Below are positions 39,055 through 51,088 of a stretch of DNA of 64,000 nucleotides, in pieces. This DNA comes from an uncultured Kangiellaceae bacterium (lineage in GTDB: Bacteria > Pseudomonadota > Gammaproteobacteria > Enterobacterales > Kangiellaceae), in NCBI GenBank assembly GCA_905479925.1, contig CAJQOL010000055.1:9257-73256 (forward strand). Reading direction: 5' to 3'. A model generated the notes under the pieces. It was given only the letters and a program-made list of their open reading frames with translations. It was not told the DNA's origin and ran no database searches. How positions within the stretch are numbered: the stretch's first letter is position 1; each line of letters starts with the position of its first letter. The position numbers and the translations under genes were made by a program.

Positions 39055-40800
39055 GTGAAACAGGCAAGAAAGCCCAACTCAGTTCCACTTTGCAGCATCA
39101 GGTTTTACCTGCTGTGTGGAGTATTGTCTGTTGGATTTGTTTCGCTAATGGCACGTGCTGTTTATTTGCAAATAGATAAGTCGGAAAGTCTCAATCAGCA
39201 AGCTGATTCTCGTAGCTTGCGAACAAAAGGGATCACCACCTACCGAGGCGATATTTTAGATAGAAATGGTGTCGAATTGGCAAGCAGCGTACCGGTTAAG
39301 TCTGTGTGGATGGACATTACCGAGGTATATAAAAAGTCACCGTTATTAACTGAGCAAGGTTGGAATCAGTTAGCTGTAGTCGCACAAAAAACCCCGAAAC
39401 AGTTCAAGCAATGGATCGCCAAAAGAAAAAAGCGTCAATTTGTTTGGGTTGCTCGCCATCTCGATCCACAAATGGCTAGCTTGGTAGCGGGGCTTGGTTT
39501 ACCCGGAGTCTTTCTCCAGGATGAGTCTCGTAGATATTATCCTTCCGCGGAAATTACCGCACACCTAGTTGGCTTTACAAATGTCGATGATAAAGGACAG
39601 GAAGGTTTAGAAAAATCTTATGATGAGTGGCTAACCGGCAAGCCTGGTGCAGAGAAAGTAGTAATGGATTTACAGCGACGGGTGATTGAGCAAAGGAACG
39701 TAATTACTGAAGCGAAAACCGGACAAGAACTTCAATTAAGCATTGATTCTAGAATTCAGGCAATCGCTTACAAAGCATTAAAAACAGCAGTTCTAAAGCA
39801 TAAGGCTAAAGCCGGCGCACTAGTAATGATTGATATTGAAACAAGCGAAGTACTAGCGCTTGTCAGTCAACCATCTTACAACCCTAACCGCTTTGACTTA
39901 AGGCTACCAGAGTTAACCAGAAACAGGGCGTTTACCGATAGTTTTGAGCCTGGTTCCACCGCTAAGCCTTTCACCGTGGCGAGTGCTCTTGAAGCGGGTG
40001 TTGTAAATTCTGCTACTAAAATTAACACTGCTCCGGGAAGGATAAAAATTGGCCGCAAAGTGATTCCTGATGGTAAAAACCACGGGTTATTAGATGTCGC
40101 GGGCATTCTTCAAAAATCAAGTAATGTCGGAGTTACTAAACTTGCAATGATGATGCAGGATAGAGACTTTTTAAAATCATTTTATAGTGTCGGGTTTGGA
40201 GTTGGTACTGCCAGTGGTTTCCCGGGCGAAAGCCCGGGTATTTTTAATATTCGTCCCAACTGGAGTCAAGTAGAAAAAGCAACTTTGGCCTATGGTTATG
40301 GCTTTACGGTAACACCTATTCAATTAGCTCAAGCCTACGCGATTTTAGGTTCGCACGGAATTAAGCGGCCACTCTCACTGGTAAAACTAGAGCAATCACC
40401 AAACGGCGAGCGAGTGCTAGACGAAGGTGTTGCTAGTGAAGTTGTGAGTATGATGGAAACAGTTGTAAATGAAGGTGGAACAGGTCAGAAGGCGAGCGTA
40501 AAAGGGTATCGGATCGCGGGTAAAACCGGTACAGCTAGAAAGGCGATTGCCGGCGGTTATGGTGATGAATACACCGTGTTTTTTGCAGGTATTGCGCCAG
40601 TTAGTAATCCTAAGGTAGCGATGGTTGTTTTTGTCGATGAACCCGGTAGTGAAGATTATTATGGTGGCCAAGTTGCGGCGCCAGTTTTCGCAAAGGTAGC
40701 AAGCGATACATTGAGATTGCTGAACGTTAAACCGGATCAGAATGTCGTCAGTAACAAGAAAATGGCAAAAAGCAAAACTCAAGGAGCGTCCAATGGATAG
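39055..40800 (+). CDS. ftsI: Peptidoglycan D,D-transpeptidase FtsI (PBP3)
   Basis: 581 aa with an N-terminal anchor. Motifs SXXK (STAKPF), SSN and KTGT. Confidence 0.93.
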   Translation: MKQARKPNSVPLCSIRFYLLCGVLSVGFVSLMARAVYLQIDKSESLNQQADSRSLRTKGITTYRGDILDRNGVELASSVPVKSVWMDITEVYKKSPLLTEQGWNQLAVVAQKTPKQFKQWIAKRKKRQFVWVARHLDPQMASLVAGLGLPGVFLQDESRRYYPSAEITAHLVGFTNVDDKGQEGLEKSYDEWLTGKPGAEKVVMDLQRRVIEQRNVITEAKTGQELQLSIDSRIQAIAYKALKTAVLKHKAKAGALVMIDIETSEVLALVSQPSYNPNRFDLRLPELTRNRAFTDSFEPGSTAKPFTVASALEAGVVNSATKINTAPGRIKIGRKVIPDGKNHGLLDVAGILQKSSNVGVTKLAMMMQDRDFLKSFYSVGFGVGTASGFPGESPGIFNIRPNWSQVEKATLAYGYGFTVTPIQLAQAYAILGSHGIKRPLSLVKLEQSPNGERVLDEGVASEVVSMMETVVNEGGTGQKASVKGYRIAGKTGTARKAIAGGYGDEYTVFFAGIAPVSNPKVAMVVFVDEPGSEDYYGGQVAAPVFAKVASDTLRLLNVKPDQNVVSNKKMAKSKTQGASNG

Positions 40801-42313
40801 TGCTCCAGTTTTAAGTTGTGTACTGAATGAAATTTCCAGTGAGCAGGTAGAGACCAGCCGGAGCAGTATCCCGGTTGGTCCACTTCGCCTCGACAGTCGA
40901 TTAATAGAAGAAGGTGATACTTTTGTTGCTATTGAAGGGTATCAAAATGATGGTCGCGTATATATTCCAGTAGCTATTAAACAAGGAGCTGCCTTAATTT
41001 TTGCGGAAGCTAACAATAGCGACGAGTTTAAACAGTTATTTGAGGATGTTGCTGAAAACAAAATAATTTGGATTGCTAACTTAAGACAAAACCTCAGTCA
41101 GATTGCGTCCAATTATTTTGGTAACCCTTCCCAAGAATTAAAAAATGTTGCAGTAACGGGTACCAATGGAAAAACTAGCGTTAGTTATTTAATTGCAAAA
41201 ACCCTGCAAAAACTAAATTTTGAATGCTATTTAATGGGGACTCTTGGCATCGGTTGTTGTGGAAAATTAGTCGCTAGCAATAACACAACCGCAGACGCGA
41301 TTACATTACAGTCGATTCTCCGAGATGCTCTAAATAGTGGGGCGCACTTTTCTTCAATGGAGTTATCTTCCCATGGAATCGACCAAAATCGAGCGGATGC
41401 GGTTCAACTGAATACGGCTATTTTTACCAATCTTACCCGTGATCACCTAGATTATCACGGCAACATGGAAAACTACGGAGCCGCGAAGCGAAAGCTCTTT
41501 TTGCATAAGCACTTGAAGAATGTCGTATTCAATATGGACGATCGTTTTGGTAGAAAACTAGCAAAAGATGAAGCGATCGTTGCAACAAAATGGTTAACAA
41601 CAATAAAGTTGCCAACATCAGGTTCAAACCTTAATCGATGGATATGGGCGGAGGATGTTAATTACTCGTTGCGTGGAATACACGCAAAAGTATATAGCCC
41701 TTGGGGAAGCGGAAAACTAGATTCTCCTTTAATTGGTCAGTTTAATTTGTCTAATTTGTTGTTGGTAATTGCAGCGCTTGGGGCAATTTTAAAGGATGTA
41801 ACACCAGTACTAGAAGCTCTCAAGAAAGTAAAAGCCGCAGAAGGTCGGATGCATACAATCGGTCATTCAAAAACGCCGATAGCAATTGTTGATTATGCAC
41901 ATACTCCAGACGCTCTTGAGAAAGCTTTATTAGCGATTCGTGAACATTCAGTGGGTTTAATTTGGTGTGTTTTTGGTTGTGGCGGAGACCGCGACAGTGG
42001 TAAACGTCCCCTTATGGCTAAGATTGCTGAAAAATTATCAAATAGGGTTATTGTTACTCAGGATAATCCGCGTCTAGAGTCCGAAGAAAACATTAAAAAT
42101 GACATATATGAAGGATTTAAAAAGCCAGAAAAAGTAAAGTATATTTCCGATAGAAAAGTCGCTATTGCTGAGGCAATTAAAGCGGCGCGGCCAGATGACG
42201 CGGTATTAATCGCGGGTAAAGGTCACGAAGATTATCAAATCATCGGAAAAATTAAAAATCATCACAGTGATATAGAAATTAGTACTGCTCTTATTGAGGA
42301 GTATCTGTCGTGA
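40793..42313 (+). CDS. murE: UDP-N-acetylmuramoyl-L-alanyl-D-glutamate--2,6-diaminopimelate ligase MurE
   Basis: GTNGKTS P-loop, DNPR motif and GKGHE. Start taken at the ATG at 40793 with AAGGAG RBS, overlapping the ftsI stop; the track start is 40742. Confidence 0.95.
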   Translation: MDSAPVLSCVLNEISSEQVETSRSSIPVGPLRLDSRLIEEGDTFVAIEGYQNDGRVYIPVAIKQGAALIFAEANNSDEFKQLFEDVAENKIIWIANLRQNLSQIASNYFGNPSQELKNVAVTGTNGKTSVSYLIAKTLQKLNFECYLMGTLGIGCCGKLVASNNTTADAITLQSILRDALNSGAHFSSMELSSHGIDQNRADAVQLNTAIFTNLTRDHLDYHGNMENYGAAKRKLFLHKHLKNVVFNMDDRFGRKLAKDEAIVATKWLTTIKLPTSGSNLNRWIWAEDVNYSLRGIHAKVYSPWGSGKLDSPLIGQFNLSNLLLVIAALGAILKDVTPVLEALKKVKAAEGRMHTIGHSKTPIAIVDYAHTPDALEKALLAIREHSVGLIWCVFGCGGDRDSGKRPLMAKIAEKLSNRVIVTQDNPRLESEENIKNDIYEGFKKPEKVKYISDRKVAIAEAIKAARPDDAVLIAGKGHEDYQIIGKIKNHHSDIEISTALIEEYLS

Positions 42314-43797
42314 TTGCAATGTCTCTCCAACACATCGCAGATGCAACCGGCGGAAAACTGTACGGTGACGATATTACAATCAAACAGGTGTTTACCGACA
42401 GTCGTGCAATTGACGATTTAGAACAATTACCGAACAGTTTATTTGTTGCGCTGAAAGGGCCTCATTTTGATGCTCACCGTTTTGTCAACAGTGTTGTTTC
42501 ACAAGGTGTTACTTGTGTTTTAGTTGAAGAGCTAACAGACGCCAACTGTAGTCAAGTTGTGGTGGAAAATAGTCGACTAGCCCTGGCAGATATTGCTCGA
42601 CAGAATAGACGTATCTCCAATGCGCGATATGTTGCTATTACCGGAAGCAGTGGTAAAACAACGGTGAAAGAAATGGTTGCAGCGATTCTGGCCAAGGCTG
42701 GAAAAACCAAGGCGACCGAAGGCAATTTTAATAATGATATCGGTGCACCACTTACGCTACTAAATATCGATGAGTCAACTGAATACGGTGTTATTGAGTT
42801 GGGGGCAAATCGTCCCGGGGAAGTTGCATTTACCGCGGATGTCACCAAGCCAGATGTCGCAATGGTTAACAATATTACCGCCGCTCATTTAGAAGGGTTT
42901 GGCAGTATTCAAGGAGTTGCTACAGCAAAAGCAGAAATATACTCGGCATTGTCGGATAACGGAGTTGCCGTTGTTAATGCCGATGAACCATTTAGCTCTC
43001 ACTTTGATAAAAATATTGGTTGTAAAAAACTAAGCTACTCGATGAAAGAAGCCACAGATGTGTATTCGACTGAAATAGAAATACTTTCAGACCAATCAAT
43101 TAGATTTGTGTTAAATGTTGTCAATGATGAGAAACAACTAGAAAAACAGCATATAGAATTACCGTTAGTCGGTATTCACAATGTGTCAAACGCACTTGCC
43201 GCGGCGAGTTGTTGTCTGGCTTTAGGTATTGGGCTAACCGATATCGCTAACGGCCTAAAAGACACGCCTGTTGTATCTGGTCGACTAAACGTATCGATGC
43301 TTTCTAATAATTGTCGAATAATTGACGATACCTACAATGCTAACTTGTCTTCAATGAAGGCTGCTATTGATTTATTAAGTAGTTACTCTCCACCAACTCT
43401 ATTAGTTGTCGGTGATATGGGAGAGTTGGGGGATTTGGGCAGACAATGTCATGAGGAAATTGGCGCCTATGCCTTCGATAAAGGTATTACTAAATTATAT
43501 AGCTGTGGTGTGCTATCGCAGTTTAGTCATTTTGCTTTTAGGCAAAAGCGACTCGATAAAATAGAAAATGATAGTCTTGAAAATTTGGACAGTGTTCATT
43601 TCTCAAATAAAAATGATTTAATAAAAACAATAAAAGACGAAGCGAAATCTGGGGTAACAATTTTAGTCAAAGGCTCCAGAAGTGCACACATGGAAGATAT
43701 CGTAAATGAATTAAAATCCAGAGATAGTGGACGAGATAATTCAACGATACATTTAGAAACGGAATCCAATGTCGCTTTCCTAAAAGGAGAACAGTGA
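42310..43797 (+). CDS. murF: UDP-N-acetylmuramoyl-tripeptide--D-alanyl-D-alanine ligase MurF
   Basis: GSSGKTT P-loop and [10 protein letters not shown]. 495 aa, with a C-terminal extension of about 25 aa relative to E. coli from memory. Confidence 0.93.
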   Translation: MIAMSLQHIADATGGKLYGDDITIKQVFTDSRAIDDLEQLPNSLFVALKGPHFDAHRFVNSVVSQGVTCVLVEELTDANCSQVVVENSRLALADIARQNRRISNARYVAITGSSGKTTVKEMVAAILAKAGKTKATEGNFNNDIGAPLTLLNIDESTEYGVIELGANRPGEVAFTADVTKPDVAMVNNITAAHLEGFGSIQGVATAKAEIYSALSDNGVAVVNADEPFSSHFDKNIGCKKLSYSMKEATDVYSTEIEILSDQSIRFVLNVVNDEKQLEKQHIELPLVGIHNVSNALAAASCCLALGIGLTDIANGLKDTPVVSGRLNVSMLSNNCRIIDDTYNANLSSMKAAIDLLSSYSPPTLLVVGDMGELGDLGRQCHEEIGAYAFDKGITKLYSCGVLSQFSHFAFRQKRLDKIENDSLENLDSVHFSNKNDLIKTIKDEAKSGVTILVKGSRSAHMEDIVNELKSRDSGRDNSTIHLETESNVAFLKGEQ

Positions 43798-43798
43798 T

Positions 43799-44881
43799 AT
43801 GTTGTTGTGGCTTGCTAGCATACTCGAACAATATTATTCCGGATTCAATTTATTCCAGTACTTAACTTTACGAGGAATACTGGGTGTCATTACCGCTTTT
43901 TTAATTTCGCTGTTACTTGGCCCATACATGATTAGAAAACTAAGTGTTAAGCAAATTGGACAAACAGTAAGAGATGATGGTCCGCAGTCTCACTTAAGCA
44001 AAGCGGGAACGCCAACAATGGGCGGCGCCCTTATTCTTGCCGCTATTACTATATCAACGTTGCTTTGGGCTGACTTGGAGAGTCGATTCGTTTGGACTGC
44101 GCTGTTAACAACTATTGGTTTTGGGTTAGTCGGTTGGGTCGATGATTACAGAAAATTAATTTATAAAGATCCTAAAGGATTGGCTTCTCGTTGGAAATAT
44201 TTTTGGCAATCAGCAATCGGGTTGACCGCGGCTATCTACTTGTTTCTAAGCGCTCAAAGCGATGTTGAAACTATTTTAATTCTGCCATTTTTCAAGAACG
44301 TGGCTATTAATATGGGGCTCTATTACATTCTATTTACTTACTTTGTGATTGTAGGAACTAGTAATGCGGTTAATTTGACTGACGGTTTAGACGGTTTGGC
44401 TATTTTACCTACGGTATTAGTGGCAAGTGCCTTGGGTGTATTCGCTTACCTGACAGGAAACATAAATTTTTCTGAGTACCTTTCGATTCCTTATGTGGCT
44501 GGTACTGGCGAGTTGATAATTTTCTGTGGTTCTATAGCTGGAGCAGGCCTAGGTTTTTTATGGTTTAACACCTATCCCGCTCAAGTATTTATGGGAGATG
44601 TAGGGGCTCTTGCATTAGGCGCTGCTTTGGGTGTCGTTGCTGTAATGGTCAGGCAAGAGTTTGCCTTGTTTATAATGGGAGGCGTTTTTGTTATTGAAAC
44701 GGTTTCAGTAATTCTACAAGTTGCCTCGTTTAAGTTGACGGGTAGAAGAATTTTCAATATGGCACCGTTACATCATCATTACGAGCTTAAAGGTTGGCCA
44801 GAGCCAAGAGTGATTGTTCGATTTTGGATCATATCAGTTATCTTAGTTTTGGTTGGTTTGGCAACATTAAAAATAAGATAA
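43799..44881 (+). CDS. mraY: Phospho-N-acetylmuramoyl-pentapeptide transferase MraY
   Basis: 360 aa. [40 protein letters not shown]. Confidence 0.97.
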   Translation: MLLWLASILEQYYSGFNLFQYLTLRGILGVITAFLISLLLGPYMIRKLSVKQIGQTVRDDGPQSHLSKAGTPTMGGALILAAITISTLLWADLESRFVWTALLTTIGFGLVGWVDDYRKLIYKDPKGLASRWKYFWQSAIGLTAAIYLFLSAQSDVETILILPFFKNVAINMGLYYILFTYFVIVGTSNAVNLTDGLDGLAILPTVLVASALGVFAYLTGNINFSEYLSIPYVAGTGELIIFCGSIAGAGLGFLWFNTYPAQVFMGDVGALALGAALGVVAVMVRQEFALFIMGGVFVIETVSVILQVASFKLTGRRIFNMAPLHHHYELKGWPEPRVIVRFWIISVILVLVGLATLKIR

Positions 44882-44991
44882 AGAAAAACACTTGGTAGTA
44901 AGATTTTTGAACTAGACGGAAGAAGCATTAATAACAAGCATTTGTTAGAAAAAAACATAATAGAAACAATAAAAAATAGATAGATAAATAT

Positions 44992-46347
44992 ATGCAGGAC
45001 ATCAAAAATACAAAGCACATTATATACGGACTTGGTCAGTCTGGCCTTTCCTGTGCGCGCTATTTTGATCGCATCTCGAAGCATTATTTTATTGTTGACT
45101 CACGTGAAAGCCCTCCCGGAGTCGATTCTTTGAAGTCGTTAAAGTTTTGTCTTGGTTTTCAATTTGGAAATTTACAATCTACGTTGCTTGATGGCTGTGA
45201 ACAGTTAATAGTAAGTCCTGGGATATCTCTTAATGACCCTTTTGTCGTGGAAGCCAAGCGTCTAAATATCGATATTTGTGGTGATGTAGAAATCTTTGCG
45301 AGAGCTTGTAATAAACCGATTATTGCTATAACCGGTTCCAATGGAAAAAGTACGGTAACGGACTTAACCGAAAAGTTACTGCAATCAGCTGGTATCAGAG
45401 CACAAAAGGCTGGAAATATTGGGCTGCCAGTATTGGATTATTTGCCAGAGCCGAAAGCCGATTTGTTTGTACTTGAGCTTTCTAGTTTTCAACTGGATAC
45501 CACCAACTCACTCAAGCCAGAGATAGCATTGCTTTTGAATATTAGTGAAGACCATATGGATAGGTACGAAAATTACGGTGATTACATTGCATCAAAACAT
45601 CAGGTATATAACGGTGCGAAACATTGTATCTATAACAACGATGATAGAGAGACAAAGCCTAAAACTGTAGACGCTAGCATTCAGAGCTTTTCAGTTGAGG
45701 CGATGCCATCTGAAAGTAATTCTGTTAATTCGTATATTAGCTCTGACCAACTTGGTTATCAGATTATGATAAATGGTGTTGCCGTTATTCATACTAATCG
45801 CTTATCAATTACAGGTATTCATAATTGGAAAAATGTACTTGCCAGTTTGACTGTTTTAGCTTTGTGCAAACTACCTTTTGATAAAGCTGTTCTTTCTGTA
45901 TTAGAAAGCTATAAAGGCTTACCTCATCGATTTCAATTGGTAAGCCGTAATCAACAGTGTGAATGGATAAACGACTCAAAGGCGACTAATGTTGGCGCTA
46001 CAGTATCGGCCATAGAAAGTATTGTTTTAGAAGAAAAACAACAGCTTATTCTTATCGCAGGAGGGGATTCAAAAGGAAGTGATCTATCACCCCTCGCACC
46101 GGTTTTATTAGAGAAAGTCGACTACCTTATTCTTCTTGGTATGGACGCAAAGAAGTTGGCACAACAAGTGCCAGCTAAACAAGCCATTTTTGTGGACTCA
46201 ATGCAGCAGGCTGTTGACAAAGCCCGTGAGCTAATCGGTCAAGGTGACAAAGTATTATTGTCACCAGCATGCGCAAGCTTAGATATGTACGCCAATTTTG
46301 AAGCTCGAGGAAACGCTTTTGTGGAAGCAGTGAGGGCTTGCGCATGA
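44992..46347 (+). CDS. murD: UDP-N-acetylmuramoylalanine--D-glutamate ligase MurD
   Basis: GSNGKSTV P-loop, NDSKATN, position in the dcw cluster. Confidence 0.95.
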   Translation: MQDIKNTKHIIYGLGQSGLSCARYFDRISKHYFIVDSRESPPGVDSLKSLKFCLGFQFGNLQSTLLDGCEQLIVSPGISLNDPFVVEAKRLNIDICGDVEIFARACNKPIIAITGSNGKSTVTDLTEKLLQSAGIRAQKAGNIGLPVLDYLPEPKADLFVLELSSFQLDTTNSLKPEIALLLNISEDHMDRYENYGDYIASKHQVYNGAKHCIYNNDDRETKPKTVDASIQSFSVEAMPSESNSVNSYISSDQLGYQIMINGVAVIHTNRLSITGIHNWKNVLASLTVLALCKLPFDKAVLSVLESYKGLPHRFQLVSRNQQCEWINDSKATNVGATVSAIESIVLEEKQQLILIAGGDSKGSDLSPLAPVLLEKVDYLILLGMDAKKLAQQVPAKQAIFVDSMQQAVDKARELIGQGDKVLLSPACASLDMYANFEARGNAFVEAVRACA

Positions 46348-47522
46348 AAGTAGATACAACTCAGGTAATATGGTACGACAGAACGCTCGTGTCGATTGTC
46401 GCGATACTAGTGGCTACTGGTTTAATTATGGTCACTTCAAGTTCATTACATTATGCGGAAAATACATTTTCCGGTAATTCTTATCATTTTTTGGTGCGCC
46501 ACTTAATTTACCTATTTGTCACTTTTATTGCGGTAGCCGTGGTTTTGTCTCAGCCAATTATTCGATGGCAGCAATACGGTCCCTATTTATTGGTCATCGG
46601 ATTATTTCTGCTTGTTTTAGTGCTCTTAGTCGGAAGAACTGTAAACGGCAGTACTCGCTGGTTAGCTATCGGCCCGCTCACTTTACAAGTGTCTGAGCTA
46701 ATAAAACTATTTGTCGTTGTTTATATCGCTGGCTATCTAGTTCGCAGAACCGATGAATTACAAAACCAGCTGGCCGGTTTTATTAAGCCTTTGATTGTGT
46801 TGGCGTTGATTTCAGCGTTGTTATTGTTAGAGCCTGACTTTGGCGCCGCTGTTGTAATTCTTTCTACCACTCTCGCCATGTTGTTTTTAGGTGGAGCAAA
46901 GTTATGGCAGTTTATAGGTCTTACAGCTGTTGTTGGTGCAACGCTAGGTGGTATTGCCGTTAGTCAACCTTATCGATTACAACGAATTTTGACGTTTTTG
47001 GACCCTTGGGCGGATCCTTTTGGAAGCGGTTATCAATTAACACAGTCGCTGATCGCATTTGGTAGAGGAAATATTTTTGGTCAGGGCTTAGGAAATAGCC
47101 TGCAAAAAATGTCTTACCTTCCCGAGGCCCACACTGATTTTGTTTTTGCGGTATTGGCCGAAGAATTAGGTCTGATTGGTGTGTTTATTACCTTGATTTT
47201 GTTTTTTATTCTATTTGTTCGAGCTATGAAAATCGGTAGGGTTGCGCTGCTACAGCAAAGAGCCTATGCGGCTTATTTAGCCTATGGCATTGGCTTTTGG
47301 TTAACCTTTCAAGCGTTGATCAACATTGGCGTAACAAGCGGCGCGTTGCCAACTAAAGGTCTGACTTTACCTTTTGTTAGTTATGGAGGAAATAGTTTAC
47401 TGATTTGCGGTGTCGCAGTAGCAATATTATTGCGAGTAGATTTTGAAAGTAAATTGGTAGATAACAAAATGCTTTCTGTCAGTGATGCGGAGATACAGCC
47501 CGGGGATAGTTCCGGTGACTGA
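46344..47522 (+). CDS. ftsW: Peptidoglycan glycosyltransferase FtsW (SEDS)
   Basis: Polytopic SEDS protein: EPDFGAA, PEAHTDFVFAVLAEELG, LPTKGLTLPFVSYGG. ATGA overlap with the murD stop; the track TTG start is 46338. Confidence 0.93.
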   Translation: MKVDTTQVIWYDRTLVSIVAILVATGLIMVTSSSLHYAENTFSGNSYHFLVRHLIYLFVTFIAVAVVLSQPIIRWQQYGPYLLVIGLFLLVLVLLVGRTVNGSTRWLAIGPLTLQVSELIKLFVVVYIAGYLVRRTDELQNQLAGFIKPLIVLALISALLLLEPDFGAAVVILSTTLAMLFLGGAKLWQFIGLTAVVGATLGGIAVSQPYRLQRILTFLDPWADPFGSGYQLTQSLIAFGRGNIFGQGLGNSLQKMSYLPEAHTDFVFAVLAEELGLIGVFITLILFFILFVRAMKIGRVALLQQRAYAAYLAYGIGFWLTFQALINIGVTSGALPTKGLTLPFVSYGGNSLLICGVAVAILLRVDFESKLVDNKMLSVSDAEIQPGDSSGD

Positions 47523-48651
47523 TAATAATGACTTACTTATTAGCCGAGGCACACAGTCGGTTAGACCGAGAGCATTGATAATGGCTGGTGGCACCGGAGG
47601 TCATATATTTCCGGGATTAGCATTAGCTAAATATCTTGCAGACCGAAACTGGACTGTTCAATGGTTGGGCTCTGTCGGTGGTATGGAACAGCAGCTAGTT
47701 ACGCAACATGGATTTGATATCGAATTGCTTAAAATTAAAGGACTTCGAGGTAACGGTTTAGTCGGCTGGCTAAAAGCGCCGTACAGATTACTTAACTCAG
47801 TTATGCAAGCGAGAAAAATTATTCGCTCATTTGCTCCTCAGGTTGTAATTGGGTTTGGTGGTTTTGCTTCTGGTCCTGGAGGGTTTGCGAGTTTTCTTTT
47901 AGGTAAAGCATTATTTATTCATGAGCAAAATGCTGTAGCGGGGTTAACGAATAAATTGTTAAGCCGTTTAGCTACTAATTGCTTTCAAGCATTTCCGAAT
48001 ACGCTGAATAGTCGATTGGCAAGCGAAACAATAGGAAACCCAATACGTAAAGCAATTAGAGAACTACCACCAAAGGACGCTATTGATGGATCAAAAATTG
48101 TCAATATTTTGGTTATAGGTGGTAGCAGAGGCGCACAATGTTTAAATCAATCATTACCTAGTTTGTTTGCTGAAATTGCTTCGATAAAAAATATTAAAGT
48201 TATGCATCAATGCGGAAAAGGTAATCAAGAAATGACTCTAAAAGAGTATAAAGAATCAGGATTAACAGATGACAATATAGTTACTGTTTCTGAGTTTATT
48301 GATGATATGGCATCTGCTTACAAAAATTGTGATTTGGTTATTTGCCGAGCTGGAGCATTAACCGTTTCTGAAATAGCCGCGGTTGGCGTTGCAGCTATAT
48401 TCGTGCCTTATCCATTTGCAGTAGATGACCATCAAACTTTAAATGCAAACTGGTTGGTTAATGAAGAGGCGGCAATTATTATGCGCCAAGAAAATTTATC
48501 TAACGTTCGCGATAGAGAAGCTGTAGTTAAACTTGTTTGCGATGCGGAGCGATTATCGACGATGGCAAAGAACTCGCGAAAGTCTGCGTATCTTAATGCG
48601 ACAGAAATACTTGGCAAAGCTTGTGAACGGCTATTTCAGGAGGCTGCGTAA
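47515..48651 (+). CDS. murG: UDP-N-acetylglucosamine--N-acetylmuramyl-(pentapeptide) pyrophosphoryl-undecaprenol GlcNAc transferase MurG
   Basis: [16 protein letters not shown] and [11 protein letters not shown]. The start is uncertain. The GTG at 47515 overlaps the ftsW stop (GTGACTGA) and gives an N-terminus of normal length; the track ATG is at 47482. Confidence 0.93.
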   Translation: MTDNNDLLISRGTQSVRPRALIMAGGTGGHIFPGLALAKYLADRNWTVQWLGSVGGMEQQLVTQHGFDIELLKIKGLRGNGLVGWLKAPYRLLNSVMQARKIIRSFAPQVVIGFGGFASGPGGFASFLLGKALFIHEQNAVAGLTNKLLSRLATNCFQAFPNTLNSRLASETIGNPIRKAIRELPPKDAIDGSKIVNILVIGGSRGAQCLNQSLPSLFAEIASIKNIKVMHQCGKGNQEMTLKEYKESGLTDDNIVTVSEFIDDMASAYKNCDLVICRAGALTVSEIAAVGVAAIFVPYPFAVDDHQTLNANWLVNEEAAIIMRQENLSNVRDREAVVKLVCDAERLSTMAKNSRKSAYLNATEILGKACERLFQEAA

Positions 48652-50102
48652 TGAATCAGGAAAAACCTACTGCTAATGATATGTTTGCAGATATTCCAGA
48701 AATGAGAAGAATTCGAAGAATTCACTTTATTGGCATCGGTGGAGCGGGAATGTGTGGCATTGCCGAAGTGTTAATTAACCAAGGCTATCAAATTACAGGA
48801 TCTGATCCAGTTGATAGCTCGACTACTAAACGGTTAAAGAAATTGGGAGCTGAAATATTTCACAGTCACACCGCCAATAATATCCTTGGCGTTGATGTAG
48901 TAGTGGTGAGTACTGCTATATCAAAAGATAACGTAGAAGTTGAAGCGGCTAGATCAAGAAGAATACCTGTTGTGCCGAGAGCTGAAATGCTAGCAGAGCT
49001 TATGAGATTTCGACATGGTGTAGCTGTCGCCGGAACCCATGGTAAAACAACCACCACTAGCCTATTGGCGACGGTATTTGCTGAAGCAGGATTAGACCCA
49101 ACTTATGTCATTGGTGGTCTTCTTAATCGTTTGGGTGCTAATGCTAAGTTAGGTAAAAGTCGATATTTTATTGCCGAAGCAGATGAAAGTGATGCGTCCT
49201 TCTTACATCTACAACCAATGGTTTCTATTGTCACCAATATTGATATGGACCACATGGATACCTATGGCGGAGACTTTGAAAATGTGAAGAAAACATTTGT
49301 TGAGTTTATTCACAATTTACCCTTTTATGGCCTTGCCGTCTTATGTGGAGATGACAAAGCAATCCAGCAAATTATCCCATCTTTAATGCGACCGTACGTA
49401 ACCTACGGTTTCACTGAAGGTGTTGATTACCAAGCTGTCGAAGTGATTCAAAATGGCACAAAGAGCCAATATAAAATCAAGCGGAAGAGTAAACCTGGAT
49501 TGGTCAATGTTAATTTGAATATGCCAGGAAAACATAATGTTCTTAACTCGTTAGCCGCGTTTGTTGTCGCTAATGAAGATGGTGTTAAGGCTACAGAAAT
49601 ATCAGAGGCTTTACAGAATTTTTCTGGAATTGGTCGCCGCTTTCAGAGTTTTGGTGAGTTTATTACAGAGAAAGGTTCAGTAGAGTTAGTGGATGACTAT
49701 GGTCATCATCCTACAGAAATTCAGGCAACGGTTGAAGCCGTTAGAAGCGGTTGGAAAGACAAACGACTGGTAATGGTATTCCAGCCCCATAGATATACAA
49801 GAACGCGTGATCTTTATGAAGATTTTGCGAAGGTATTAGCGCAAGTGGATATACTAATTATTATGCAAGTATATGCCGCAGGAGAAGCGCCAATTGCAGG
49901 AGCCGATAGCCGGTCTTTGTGCAGAACGATAAGACAACATGGCCGTATTGACCCAATTTTTGTGGAAGATGAAGATGATATAAAAGAAGCGCTTTCGAAT
50001 GTGGTACGTGATGGAGATCTTATTGTCACCCAAGGTGCTGGTAACGTCGGAGGTTTAGCCGTTGGTTGGGCGAGCGAAAACCTGGAGTTCATAAAGAAAT
50101 AG
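48651..50102 (+). CDS. murC: UDP-N-acetylmuramate--L-alanine ligase MurC
   Basis: [36 protein letters not shown]. Confidence 0.96.
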   Translation: MNQEKPTANDMFADIPEMRRIRRIHFIGIGGAGMCGIAEVLINQGYQITGSDPVDSSTTKRLKKLGAEIFHSHTANNILGVDVVVVSTAISKDNVEVEAARSRRIPVVPRAEMLAELMRFRHGVAVAGTHGKTTTTSLLATVFAEAGLDPTYVIGGLLNRLGANAKLGKSRYFIAEADESDASFLHLQPMVSIVTNIDMDHMDTYGGDFENVKKTFVEFIHNLPFYGLAVLCGDDKAIQQIIPSLMRPYVTYGFTEGVDYQAVEVIQNGTKSQYKIKRKSKPGLVNVNLNMPGKHNVLNSLAAFVVANEDGVKATEISEALQNFSGIGRRFQSFGEFITEKGSVELVDDYGHHPTEIQATVEAVRSGWKDKRLVMVFQPHRYTRTRDLYEDFAKVLAQVDILIIMQVYAAGEAPIAGADSRSLCRTIRQHGRIDPIFVEDEDDIKEALSNVVRDGDLIVTQGAGNVGGLAVGWASENLEFIKK

Positions 50103-50104
50103 TT

Positions 50105-51088
50105 ATGGCTAACGGAAATATAAAACAGTTAGTTAATTGTGGTCGAGTAGCGGTGTTACTCGGCGGAACTAGTAGCGAGCGAGAGATATCTTTACTTTCA
50201 GGAGAGGCGATTTTTCAGTCTCTTGTAAACCAAAAAATAGACGTGGTTAAAATTGATACTCAGCGTGATATTTATTCTCAACTAAAAGAGAAGCGAGTTT
50301 CACGAGCATTTATTGCTCTGCACGGTAGAGATGGAGAAGATGGCGTAATTCAGGGTTTTTTAAAGCTAATTGGAATTCCTTTCACTGGTTCTGATACGGC
50401 GAGTTCTGCTTTAGCAATGAACAAATTGTTAACTAAACAAATATGGTTACAACAGGGATTAGATACGGCTGAATTCTTTGTCGTAAAACGTCGCCAGACG
50501 TTGAACGAAGAAATACTACAGCAAATAGTTGATTCGGTTGGTTTTCCCGTTTTTGTGAAACCGATTAGGGAAGGATCTAGCGTAGGAATGTCAAAAGCGG
50601 TTGACCGAAAGACATTGGTTGACGCGATTGAGTTAGCACAAGAATATGATGATGTGCTAGTAGAACAGTTTATTAACGGTACAGAGTATACCGTTAGCAT
50701 CTTAGACGGAAAAGCTTTGCCTAGTATTAGTATGCAAACACCGAATGAGTTTTATGATTATGATGCTAAGTATTGTGCGAATACAACGGAGTATTTCTGT
50801 CCAAGCGGATTGACTGAGGAACTGGAGACTGAGCTCGCTGATATTGCTATTAACGCATTCGATGCGATTGGATGTAGCGGTTGGGGAAGAGTTGATTTTA
50901 TCCGCGACGAAAGCAGCGGCCGATTTAAATTATTAGAGGTAAATACTGTTCCAGGAATGACCGCTAATTCTTTAGTACCTAAGTCGGCTAAAGCGGTAGG
51001 TATTGGTTTTGATGATCTGGTAAAGGGGATTCTTTTAACCAGTTTTAATGAGCAAGGTCAATCGGCTAATGGAGCTTCCCATGGCTAA
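50105..51088 (+). CDS. ddl: D-alanine--D-alanine ligase
   Basis: ATP-grasp enzyme: VAVLLGGTSSEREISLLSG, ALHGRDGEDGVIQG, LEVNTVPGMT. Start at the ATG at 50105; the track start is 50066. Confidence 0.93.
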   Translation: MANGNIKQLVNCGRVAVLLGGTSSEREISLLSGEAIFQSLVNQKIDVVKIDTQRDIYSQLKEKRVSRAFIALHGRDGEDGVIQGFLKLIGIPFTGSDTASSALAMNKLLTKQIWLQQGLDTAEFFVVKRRQTLNEEILQQIVDSVGFPVFVKPIREGSSVGMSKAVDRKTLVDAIELAQEYDDVLVEQFINGTEYTVSILDGKALPSISMQTPNEFYDYDAKYCANTTEYFCPSGLTEELETELADIAINAFDAIGCSGWGRVDFIRDESSGRFKLLEVNTVPGMTANSLVPKSAKAVGIGFDDLVKGILLTSFNEQGQSANGASHG